From: an uncultured Gammaproteobacteria bacterium
GTDB lineage: Bacteria > Patescibacteriota > Microgenomatia > UBA8517
Reading direction: 5' to 3'
DNA length: 64,000 nucleotides
Assembly: GCA_964583685.1 (NCBI GenBank)
Contig: CAZOVJ010000001.1
Span: forward strand, 4,033-68,032
Shown: positions 28,645-39,000 of the stretch, piece by piece
Layout: every line of letters begins with the position of its first letter
How positions within the stretch are numbered: position 1 is the first letter of the stretch
Made by a program: the position numbers and the translations under genes
The notes under the pieces: generated by a model
Told to the model about the DNA's origin: nothing
What the model saw: only the letters and a program-made list of their open reading frames with translations
The model's database searches: none

Positions 28645-28865
28645 ACCTCACTAGGTGCTTGATTAGATTAATCAGAGCCATTAGAATGATTAGACATTTT
28701 CTGATGGAAGAAGTTTATGATTGGCTTTTTGACCTAGCGAAAGACCTAAGAGATTTTGCTGCTGAACTTTCCAATTTTCTCCTTCAGGTGCTTCATCTCC
28801 AATTTTTGCGTTTTGAAGAGAAAAAGGGAATTTTTGTCTTTTTCTTATATAAACAAAGGGGAAAA

Positions 28866-29810
28866 ATGGCCAGGCGGTTCGTTCATTCGGGAATGGTGGT
28901 TTTGTCTGCGTTAGGCGTGATTATTGCCCCGGTTATTGCCGAAGAATTTCCTGGTCGAAATGTAGACCCCTGGGATATTCCTCCGCCATCTTTGGTTCTT
29001 TCTGCTTCTAGCCAAAATCCCCAGACAACAACTTTTTTCTCGGAAAAACAACGGGCTGAGATTATTGAGTATAAAGTTCAGAAAGGGGACACTATTAGCA
29101 CAATCGCCGAAAAGTTTGATATATCGATTGACACCATTCGCTGGCAGAATAATCTTAAAAGTCGGGATGCAATCAAGGTTGGTCAAGTATTGGAAATATT
29201 GCCAGTGAGTGGCGTTTCTCATAAGGTTCGCAAGGGTGATACTGTCTATTCTCTTGCCAAAAAGTATGACATTGACCCCCAGGTGATTGTCAATTTTCCC
29301 TTTAATACTTTTATGAATGATGAAACCTTTGAACTGGCCATTGGCCAAAATATTATTGTTCCTGATGGTGTCAAGCCGGCCGAGGTTCCCTGGTCAGCTG
29401 TTGCTAGAGTTCGCCAGATTACCCCTGATGCTGGAACAGTCGTGGGCTCGGGCGCTTTTGTTTGGCCAACAGCCGGAACGATCAGCCAAAGATTTACCTG
29501 GTATCATAAGGCCATCGATATTGCCAACAAAGCAGCGCCGGCAGTTTTGGCAGCCGATAGCGGTCAGGTAGTTGTTGCCGGCTATCCGGACAATAGGGGA
29601 TATGGAAATCGGGTGCTTATTGACCATGGAAACGGCTATCGAACCCTTTATGCCCATTTGGCCAAGATTTATGTTGTTGTTGGCCAGACAGTTAGTCGAG
29701 GAAACGCCATTGGCAAGATGGGCTCGAGTGGTAGATCTACTGGCATCCATCTTCATTTTGAGGTGATTAAGAGTGGAGTCTATCTTAATCCTCTCAGTGT
29801 GCTGAAGTAG
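28866..29810 (+). CDS. LysM-LysM-M23 family peptidoglycan endopeptidase
   Basis: Two LysM motifs (YKVQKGDTISTIAEKF, HKVRKGDTVYSLAKKY). M23 catalytic motifs (HKAIDIAN, GYGNRVLIDHGNGYRTLYAHL, GIHLHFEV). ORF track starts at 28659; I prefer the ATG at 28866, which precedes the signal anchor. Confidence 0.8.
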   Translation: MARRFVHSGMVVLSALGVIIAPVIAEEFPGRNVDPWDIPPPSLVLSASSQNPQTTTFFSEKQRAEIIEYKVQKGDTISTIAEKFDISIDTIRWQNNLKSRDAIKVGQVLEILPVSGVSHKVRKGDTVYSLAKKYDIDPQVIVNFPFNTFMNDETFELAIGQNIIVPDGVKPAEVPWSAVARVRQITPDAGTVVGSGAFVWPTAGTISQRFTWYHKAIDIANKAAPAVLAADSGQVVVAGYPDNRGYGNRVLIDHGNGYRTLYAHLAKIYVVVGQTVSRGNAIGKMGSSGRSTGIHLHFEVIKSGVYLNPLSVLK

Positions 29811-29821
29811 GAGATTAAAGT

Positions 29822-30250
29822 TCAAAGCCCTAATTTTTTGATTGCTGATTTCGGGGGAATAATATTTATACCAAATTTTTTCTTTAGGTTTTTAACTGAA
29901 AAATCTTTGATATTACCAGTTACAAAGAGTTGCACTCTCGCATTTACGGCTGCTTGAAAGATTGATTTATCTTTAGCATCGACCCACTTTTCTATTTCAG
30001 GAGATATTTGTGTTGGAGTCATGACTATTTGTGGCGGCGCTGATTCTAAAAGGCGTTGCAAGACCTCTCTGGCTTGAGGCATTTTATCCTTAATATTTTT
30101 TACCAACTCTTCCAGAACTTGCTGTGATATTACTGCCCTTATTTTTCCTTCGATATGTGCCCTGAGTATCTTTTCGGAATTATCTGAACCGTAAAAAGCA
30201 GAGAACCAGATATTGGTATCCACAAAGACTTTCTGGGGGTCTGGCTCCAT
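29822..30250 (-). CDS. vapC: PIN-domain ribonuclease toxin VapC
   Basis: VFVDTNIWFSAF N-terminal PIN signature. 142 aa. Confidence 0.7.
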   Translation of the reverse strand: MEPDPQKVFVDTNIWFSAFYGSDNSEKILRAHIEGKIRAVISQQVLEELVKNIKDKMPQAREVLQRLLESAPPQIVMTPTQISPEIEKWVDAKDKSIFQAAVNARVQLFVTGNIKDFSVKNLKKKFGINIIPPKSAIKKLGL

Positions 30251-30256
30251 AGGTTT

Positions 30257-30565
30257 TTATGCGGAAGTTATACGTTGCTGTCTGGCTGTTTCCTCTAATT
30301 CCTTCTCAGTTATTTTTGATTTATTAAATATCTTCTGAATTTCCTTTAGAGCCTCAAGAGCTATTTGTTTTTTTGGTTTCAAGATTGCTTCTTTCCCTTT
30401 AACTTTAGCTTCCAAAGCGTCACCTACACCTACACCTAATTGTCTTAGCAACTCGGCTGGGAAAGTGGCTTGCCTTCTTTTTCTGATGTCGATTAGGTAA
30501 TTTGCCATTACCGATTCCTTTTCTAATGTCAGATGTATGATATCAGACATCTGAGGGTTTGTCAA
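30257..30565 (-). CDS. vapB: AbrB/MazE/SpoVT-type antitoxin VapB
   Basis: ATFPAELLRQLGVGVGDALEAKVKGKEAIL swapped-hairpin motif. Directly upstream of vapC. Confidence 0.6.
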   Translation of the reverse strand: MTNPQMSDIIHLTLEKESVMANYLIDIRKRRQATFPAELLRQLGVGVGDALEAKVKGKEAILKPKKQIALEALKEIQKIFNKSKITEKELEETARQQRITSA

Positions 30566-30615
30566 AGTTGACTTATTGAATTTTGGAATTTAATATTTGA
30601 ATATTGTTTGAGATT

Positions 30616-30756
30616 TGTCCCGCGGAGCGAGATCCCGCTCTGCGGGAAAAAATCAAAAATACAAGTAATAACTCAAAAGTGTTAAAATATAATCGATTAA
30701 TTTTAATTTTTGAATTGCAATTTTGAACTTTAAATTTTGAATTTTGAATTGATTTC
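30616..30756 (+). repeat. composite repeat region (family-1 palindrome cccgcggagcgagatcccgctctgcggg + aaaatcaaaaat, then inverted AATTTTGAA tracts)
   Basis: Same palindrome as inside leuS (52307-52334) but in the opposite orientation, followed by A-rich hexamer tracts. Confidence 0.6.
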
Positions 30757-30828
30757 GGGCCTGTAGCTCAGAGGTAGAGTGCCCCGGTCGCAACGGGGAG
30801 GTCAGGGGTTCGATTCCCCTCGGGTCCA
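30757..30828 (+). tRNA. tRNA-Ala (anticodon CGC)
   Basis: gggcctgTAgctcagaggtagagtGccccgGTCGCAAcggggaggtcaggggTTCGATTcccctcgggtccA. G3:U70 identity pair, 72 nt. Confidence 0.8.
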
Positions 30829-30891
30829 CTTGATTGATAAAACACACCTCTAAGGTGAAATAGGTAGACATCTCCAAGGGTGTGAGGTGTT

Positions 30892-32880
30892 TTAAGAGGA
30901 TGGACCTTCGGGAACTGGAGCTGGTGTACCCTCTGGTGCGGCCGGTGGAGATGATTCCTCGGGCAACTCAATTGGCGGTTGAATAACTGATTCTTCTACT
31001 GGTTGGGGAGGGACAAGCTCTCCACCCTCTGGGGCTTCAACCGGAGGTAGGTTCTTTTGTAGATTCTCTAATTCTGCTTTAGCCAGTTGATAATCTGATG
31101 ATAGAGGATCGATTAGGGAAAGAACAACATTCATCTCATTGATGGCCTTTTCTGTTTCCCCTTTTTCTCTATAGCTAGCCGCCAAGTTGTAATGAGCATT
31201 GGCAAAATCAGGCTTGGCAAAGGTGGCCAGTTCAAAGATTCTGATGGCCTGGTCATAATTACCCAGGGCATAATAAATACCGCCTAGACTGATTCTCAAA
31301 GCCGGATTAATCGGGTCCAGGGAAACTGCCTGGCTCAGGGTTTGAACACTAAAGATATCTGCTCCCTGGGCAAAGGGAATGATGGCTCTGTAGGTTGCAG
31401 CCATAATCTCCCAATTTCCCGCTCTTTGAGGATTGAGAGCAACCGTGGCTTTGCCTTCTCGGATTGCCTGCTGAACCAGTTGGGTGATTGTTGTCCTATC
31501 TTGATCACTAATTTCTTCTTTTTGGCTAAGAGCTTGGGCTAGGCCGATATTCACTTGGGCATAGGAAGCGTGATAGCGATCAACATAGGGGTTGAGATTG
31601 ATTGCCTCTCGTATCAGATTGTAGGTTAGGGTACCGTCGTTGCGGGCCAGGGCATCCAAGGCTTGTTTAAATTTGGCCTCGGCAATCAGGTAGCGAGAGC
31701 TGAAAAAGGCAAAAACAACAATAGCGATTATCAAGGGAAGGCTGATAAGTAGAGAGGGGATACGGGGAGCAAAAGATGATTCAGAGGAAAGGAGAAGATT
31801 GAGCTTCATTTTTTCGGTCTTGGTGGCTGCTACCAAAAGCAAGAATAATAAGACAACGAGAACCGGTGGGGCAGAGAAAAGGGCGAGCAAGACTAAAAGA
31901 GTAAGCAGAGAAACAAGATCAGTATTTTTGAGAATTTCCTCTGGCTTTTGATTTTTTAATATTTTAAAAATAACAAGAAAAAGGAATATCAGGCCGGCTG
32001 CACCGCTAAATCCGGTTTCAGTCAGGACAGTGAAATAAAAGTTTCGGCTAGAGGTAAATTTGACTGCCCAGAGGTCACTTTGATTGTAACTTAACGGTCG
32101 GAAGCGATTAAAGGCAGTTAAATAATTTCCCGGCCCAATGCCTAGAACAGGGCTGTCTTTCATGGTATCCACGGCTACAGCCCAGGATGTCTTGTAATCC
32201 AGCAAAAGGAGTTTGGCCGGCCCAGTAGATACAACGTTGTAAAAAGAGATTCCCAGACCAAAAACCAAAACTATTAAGCAGACGCCAAAAAAGATTGTCT
32301 TAAAGTATTCTTTTTCAAAAACAATAAAGCCGATACCCAAAGGCAACAAAGTTCCCAAAAAGAGAATGGCCGGCAAACTGCCACCCAAGCTATTAAAGCT
32401 GGAGATTTTGAGCATGGCCGGTAGCTGAGGAATTTTAACCAGAATGCCGGAAATTGACAGCAAACAGATAAGAGAAACAAGAATTCCGGAAAGAAAAGTA
32501 ACTAATAGAACATTCTTTTTTTCCTCGAGCTTAAGCTGATTAAGTAAAAAGTAGAGAAGGGCTCCGGCCAAGATTACTGTCGCATTGCCGGGGATAAAAA
32601 ATGCTTCCATTTTGTTTGGAGTGCGCAGGATTGCACTAACCAGATAGGCGAGGGCCAATAAAATTATTGGTAAATCGAATTTCCCATAGGAGAATTCCAG
32701 TGAGCCCGAGACAATTGTTCTCATTGCCCTAAGGAGTAAAGCCAAGGTTATACCAAAACACAAGATTGCCAGCTTTGGCAGGAAAAAGGGATTGGGAAAG
32801 ATAGGAAGAACAACAAGTGGGAGCAAAAAAACCGTGGTATATAAAATGTAGGTTTCGATTTTCTCTAAGATTCTTGCCAT
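30892..32880 (-). CDS. O-antigen ligase/polymerase-like polytopic membrane protein with C-terminal TPR repeats and Pro-rich tail
   Basis: ORF track 662 aa. About 10 TM helices, then TPR-like repeats (GNYDQAIRIFE..., AHYNLAASYREKGETEKAI), then PPQPVEESVIQPP. Confidence 0.5.
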   Translation of the reverse strand: MARILEKIETYILYTTVFLLPLVVLPIFPNPFFLPKLAILCFGITLALLLRAMRTIVSGSLEFSYGKFDLPIILLALAYLVSAILRTPNKMEAFFIPGNATVILAGALLYFLLNQLKLEEKKNVLLVTFLSGILVSLICLLSISGILVKIPQLPAMLKISSFNSLGGSLPAILFLGTLLPLGIGFIVFEKEYFKTIFFGVCLIVLVFGLGISFYNVVSTGPAKLLLLDYKTSWAVAVDTMKDSPVLGIGPGNYLTAFNRFRPLSYNQSDLWAVKFTSSRNFYFTVLTETGFSGAAGLIFLFLVIFKILKNQKPEEILKNTDLVSLLTLLVLLALFSAPPVLVVLLFLLLVAATKTEKMKLNLLLSSESSFAPRIPSLLISLPLIIAIVVFAFFSSRYLIAEAKFKQALDALARNDGTLTYNLIREAINLNPYVDRYHASYAQVNIGLAQALSQKEEISDQDRTTITQLVQQAIREGKATVALNPQRAGNWEIMAATYRAIIPFAQGADIFSVQTLSQAVSLDPINPALRISLGGIYYALGNYDQAIRIFELATFAKPDFANAHYNLAASYREKGETEKAINEMNVVLSLIDPLSSDYQLAKAELENLQKNLPPVEAPEGGELVPPQPVEESVIQPPIELPEESSPPAAPEGTPAPVPEGPSS

Positions 32881-33019
32881 AGTTTATCTAATTTGTGATT
32901 TAATATTGTTTATTTTGTATTTTTTGTCAAGCCCCGTTTTCTAACAAAATATTATTCTATACAATTCTTTATATAAAAATATATATTAGAGTATATATTG
33001 ATATACTTGCATATTATTT

Positions 33020-36000
33020 TTACTGCAAATCCACGCCCTGTATATTCACTCCCTGAAATTCAAAGGTGGCTGATTCTAGAGAAACAGTGGCGGTGGTACA
33101 CCAGCCTGAATAAAGAGTTTCTCCGCCAACGGTTTTATAAGCCCGGACCCGATAAGCATAGGTATTTGTTTGAGAAATAGTTGAGTCTTGATGAGAAGTA
33201 CTGTCAGCCGGCTTGGTTGTTAAGCTGGTAAATCCAGCAGCGCTCTCATTTCTTTGGATATCAAAGCCGGTTTCATCCCCGGAATTATCCTGCCATTTGA
33301 GATTAAGATAGGAATCGTCTACTGCTTCTTCAATAAGACAATGAGAAGGCGCATTCGGCTTTGCGGCCGTGGTGAAGGAATAAGGAGTTTCCTGGGTACT
33401 GCTCCATAAATTGGTGCCTGCAGGGTCAATGGCATATGACCGCCAATAATAGGTAGTGTTGTTGTCTAAGGCCGTTTGGATGGTGTAGGTTGCTTGGGTT
33501 CCCGAGGCATAGGCGGTTTCGGACTGAGCATCTTGGCCGCTCCAGCCAGTCTGAGATTCTGTTTGGTCAAAGGTTTGTAAATTGGCGCTGTCAAAAGTAT
33601 TGACAGTATCAAGTTCTATTTTATAGTGCAAATAATCACTGTCAGCATCAGTGGTTGTGGTTTTAAGGACAGTATAAAGTATCTGATTGCTGGCAGTGTC
33701 TGAGGGTAAATCAAGAGAAGGGGTATTAGGCTTGGTATTAAGGGAAAGCTGCCAGTCTTGAAGTTGGGGTGAGCCCCCGGAATAGGTCAGAGTTCCTTGG
33801 ACATAAAGAATGGGGTAGCTGGTTGTGTCAAGAGAGGTTAAATCAACCGGAGAAGTATCAAAGCCACTGGAATTATCAGTTAAGTCTCCATCAGGAACAA
33901 TCGTCGGCGTACCCGAATCATCATAATAAATTTTGTACTTTATATCTCCATTGGCTTCATCATCAGTGAACAACAATTGTTTCCAATGACTGGCAGAGGA
34001 ATAAATGTTGACGACAGTAATCGAGGTGCTCATAATGGTGCCGGAGCTATAGGTAGCTTGAATGTCGTCAAAATAAAAGGCAAAGGCGCTGTCGGCATTG
34101 GTTACCTTATAGGCGAATTTGGTGACCGCATCTCTGTCCGCTGCTGAGATTCCCGAGATATCCCAGGTTTTCTTTTCCCAAGTATCAGCCGAATTGATGG
34201 TGATATCATAGGTTTGCTCATCTGAGGCAGATTCTCCAAATTGGAAGCGCATAAATTGGCCGGTTCTATCAGAACGGGCCCAGAAAGTAATAAAAGAAGT
34301 GATTGAAAGGTCTGTAGCTGATTTGGTCAGGGTGGCCGTCTCATTGAGGGCATCGCCCGATGGAGAACCGGTAGTTGAGGCAGCAGGGGATGTAGTGCCA
34401 GTGATGGAATCAGCCTCAACCCTGATACGGCCACTACCGCCACTTCCACCAGCCCCTCCCCAAACGTATCCGCTTCCTCCTGAACCCCCACCGGCCTTAA
34501 CAAGACTAGAGCCCAAGGTGGCGGTGTTTGCTTGGAGGAGAATAGAACCGCCACTGCCACCGCCTCCGCCCGCTGTGTAGGGTTCGCTTGGCTGACCTGG
34601 CCAGCCGTTCCTACCATTAGCCTTGATATATCCAGAGACTGAGATTGTGTCAGTACCTATAAATACTATTCCTCCAGCGTTTCCTCCATTTCCACCACTC
34701 CTAGGGTCCTTAGAGCCTCCTTCACCTCCACCTGATCCGAGATAAAGTTTATCAAGAGAACTACTGCCATAGGTATGGCCACCAGCCCCGACCCCTCCGC
34801 CTTGAGTACAAGGTTTTCCGTTACTACCATTTGTTCCATAACCGCCACCACCGCCACCACTTGCATTATGAGCAGCGGGAACATGTTTGTCTCCACCACC
34901 ACCACCACCTTGTTGTTTATAAGACATAGATTTGCTTCCCGTTCCACTGGTTGATTCTCCCTGGTAACCATAGTTGTCACCGCTGCTTCCTGAACCACCC
35001 CGGTATCCTTTTTCGTAGGTATCGATTGTTCCGGTTACTGTTACTGTACCGTTGGCCCTAAAAGCAATAAGTCCGCCATAGGTCCCATTCCAACTGTTGA
35101 CAGTTAAGGTGATGCCATTATTGATAGTTACATTGGTGTAATTAGGAACGCGTTGAACGACTACATTCTGTCCGGTTAAATCCGAGTTGGAAGACTCACC
35201 ATATGTTTTCTGGATGTTGATATTACAGGTGATGGTAGCAGAGGATATAGAAGATACTTGACAAAACTCATAATTGCCAACGTTTGTATATGTAGAAGAA
35301 GAATCCCGGAGATTGATTAAGATTATTTCATCGTCGCTCGAAATAGAATTAGACAAGGACGAAGCAGCTGTCCCATCAGTTCCAGTGCCGGTAACTGTTA
35401 TTATGTTTGTTCCAATACTTGATACTTGGAAGGCTTCAGCGTCGGCTACCGATCTGCCTGAGGCGATAGGATCAGTATTTAGGTTCTTATTACTAGAGAC
35501 TGTTATTGCACCGTCAGCGCCGTCGCCGGTAAAGTTGTTAGAAAGCTTCACCGAACCGGTTCCTTCTTGTTTGAGACTTGTTTCTTGTTCAACTAAAAGG
35601 TCGCCTGTGTCTGAACTGACCCAATTGGAAGCAGTATCGGCATTGTCAATTTGAAATGATGATAGGGTATAGACATAGTTGCTGCTATCATCAACCGTCG
35701 CTCCATTAGCCAAAGTATCGGTAGAAAATTGGTCGGCGTGAGTCTGAAACCAGGCATCGTTGGTCAGGGAGGTATCAATGGTAAAAGAACGTACGCTTGA
35801 CCAGTTGCCATAGGTATTGCTTCCTCCCGGGTCCTTAGCATGGACTTTATAGAAGTAAGTAGTATTGTTGGTCAAAGCAGCCTGGAATGTGTAGGAAATC
35901 GTATCACCGGAATTGAAGGGGTCATCATCACCGCCATCATCTACATTGGTAAAACCAGGATTAGTATCCGAAACCGCGCTTGAGGGAGAGGGGAAACTAG

Positions 36001-39000
36001 TATCCGTATCCCATTGAATTTGATAGGTTAGATTATCACTCTCGGGATCAGTAGCCGCGAACCTAATTTCCGGAGTAGTGTCGTTGGTCTTGAGATTGTC
36101 ATGAAGATAGGCATCGCTAAGTGTTGTTGCACCCGGAGGATTGTTCTCTGTATAGTTCAAAGTAACACTGGTGAGCGAAGGAGAAGGGGAGTGATTGCTG
36201 ATAATAGCCCGATATTGGAAATAGCGCTGGGCAGTGGAGGAAATGGAAGAGCCTCCGGGAGTAGCCATGTAATCGCTGGCGCTTTCAAAATCATCTAGCC
36301 AAACAGTTCGGCCCTCATCAGCATTAGTCACCCGTAAAGTCAGCTGGGTGCAGGTATCAAGTTGATTGTCGGGGGGGTCGCTGATATCCCAATATTCTCT
36401 TTGCCACTTAAAGACAGAGGCATTAGAAGTAAAGCAGTGGGTGTCAGAACCTCCGCAGACCCCTGTGTCGGGGTTGGGCACAGTCCCGGTCCAAGAATCA
36501 ACCGTTACCGCGCCGGTCGAGGTGGTGATTGAACTGACTGTTCCTTGGGCAATGTATTCGGTTCCGCCATAATTCTCGCGAACTATAATTTTGTCGTCTT
36601 CGTAAAGATTGCTGCCTTTATCTGTTAAGCCAAAATGAGTGGCATCAATAGTGATAGAGGTATCGGTTTTAGCATTAGCTTCCGAGGTGCCCTTGATATC
36701 ATTAGCATCTAGTTTGGCAGCAAAATCAATGGTTATCGGGTGAGTTCTTTGGCCAATCTCATAGGCCTGCCGAATCTGAGCAGCCGTGCGGGCCGTATCT
36801 GAAATTCTCACCTCATCAATGGTACCGTCAAAGGGATTTTCCACCCCGCCTGTTGAACTTTTCCTGGCTCCAATCCAGAGAGGATAATTATTAGCTGTGG
36901 GGGTGCCGTTATCAGTAGCAGACGCGACTTCTGCTCCATTTATGTATAATTTGGATGTGTTTCCAGAGTTGTCAAAGACGCCTACAATATAGTACCACTC
37001 ACCTGTATTAGGAGTTAAGGTATAGGTGACGGCAGCTCCTCCAGTGGGAGACCCGTAAAATCTAAAATTATCTGTGGTAGTCCAATCCAGGCCTCCATTA
37101 TAGACATCACCCGATTTTCCCTTGGCGTAAATTACTTGATTGGAGCTGGTAGTGTCGAAACGCACCCACGCTTCTGTTGTATATGAATCCGTCATGTCTA
37201 AAGAAGCTGAGTCGTTTACATTTATATAATTACTACTGCCATTAAGATCCCGGGCTTTGCCAATTTTTCCTTGAAGAAAAGTTGTGCCGCTTGGATAACC
37301 ATGATTTCCGTTTCCTGAAGAGTCTTTAATTTCATCTAAACTGTGAATTTCGATTGATTCCCAATCGAAATTAATTTGGCTAGAATAGAATTTGAAATAA
37401 CTAGGATTAATCGCCGTAGTATTAGTAGTGGTAATGTCTTTTCTAACTGTTCCATCAATAGCTAATTTCATTGAGCTTGGTGTCCACCACATTTCTATAG
37501 TGTATTCATTACCATTTGTATCTACAGTGCCTCTTTCTGCTGAGGAATCCACAGTTGAACTTCCAACAACCTTGTAGACCCCTTGGGTTGAATAACCAGA
37601 ACCTTGCCAATTAAATTGATAGTAATTATTAGCATCTTGGAAAAGATAAAGGGACTGAACATTGTCTGTAGGATAATCCAATCTTTTGATAAAAACAATT
37701 TTCGCATAGCCGCTGGTGGGAATATCAGCATAAGCAGTGGCATTTTCAGCATCATTATCTCCAGTTAGGACATGCAACCAGTGGTTGCTAGAATCCCAAG
37801 CGTGAGAGTTAGTCGGAGCATTTGTGTCAACAGTTTCCCAACTGTATCTACCGGTAGTATCAGTTAAAAAATAGTCATAAAAAATGGGTTGGTTTTCTTC
37901 CAGGTGCCACAATCCTTTAGTATTACCGTCTGGTTGGTTATTAGTATAGGCTGATTCGCCGATAGTGGTTTCAAGGTAAGTTCCCGGCCGGTCAGCTGCT
38001 ATATAAAAAGGAAGTTTACCTTTACTGGAAAGGTCAGTGGAGGAGATTGTTCGGCCCAGACGATGGTCGCGGCCAGCCCGATACGCCTCGCTAATCTCCT
38101 CGGCACTGCGGGCGACATTGGAGATACGGACTTCGTCGATGATACCGTCAAACTCGTCAGTGTAGCCTGAATAATGTCGTTTTCCTATTAAAAGGTTAGT
38201 TACTGTAGAATCCATTGTTCCATGTGTTCCGGAAGTTGTTCCTGAATTGTCTAATACTCCATCAATGTAAATTTCAAAAGAATCACCGTTTCTTTGACCT
38301 GCTAAGTAGTGCCACTCATTGTCTGTTATTGTTGATGAAGAGTCGAGATAGATCTGGTTGTCTCCAGTGTCAGTGTAGGAAAATCGAATGTCGTCATCGC
38401 TATGTATGAGCATAAAAAACTGTCTATTTCCACTACCATCATCGTCCTTTCCTATTATCATGTCGTTTGTATTAAAGGAGTTTCTTTTCACCCAAGCCTC
38501 TATTGCATAATTGCCACTTCCAAAATCCCAAATATTATCATCTCCGCAATCAACATAATCATCCGTCCCATTAAAATCCCTTGCCTTGCCAAAGATACTT
38601 TCAACAGGTTCCGGGCCAGGAGCAGTGCCGTAAAGTTCTCCATCATTGTTATTAGCTGTTTCATCAAAAACATCATCTCCTTCCAAATCGCCGTTGGTTT
38701 CATCCAGATGCCAGAGGGCAACGGTATGACTATCTACTTGTGGGGCACCGAGTATGGTTTTTAGTGAGCCGTTTCCCTCAATAGCTAGGCTGGAGGAAGA
38801 AGTAGCTATTGGGACTCCTTCCCAAATCGAAGCAGAGGGAGTGGCCCAGTTGAGAGGATTATCCATGCTGTCAATTTGGGTTTCGTTGGCCGTTGGTTTC
38901 CAGGCTTCCCAGGACGAATTATCAGCGCTGGTTCGAGTTTGGAATTCAATTTGTCCAGACTGGTAGTTGGAGAGAATTTCATCTGCGCCTAGGGCGCGGG

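Noticed and set aside
30653-30971. Minus-strand ORFs 30653-30877 and 30768-30971
   Set aside because: Overlap tRNA-Ala(CGC) and the repeat-rich spacer. No coding signal.
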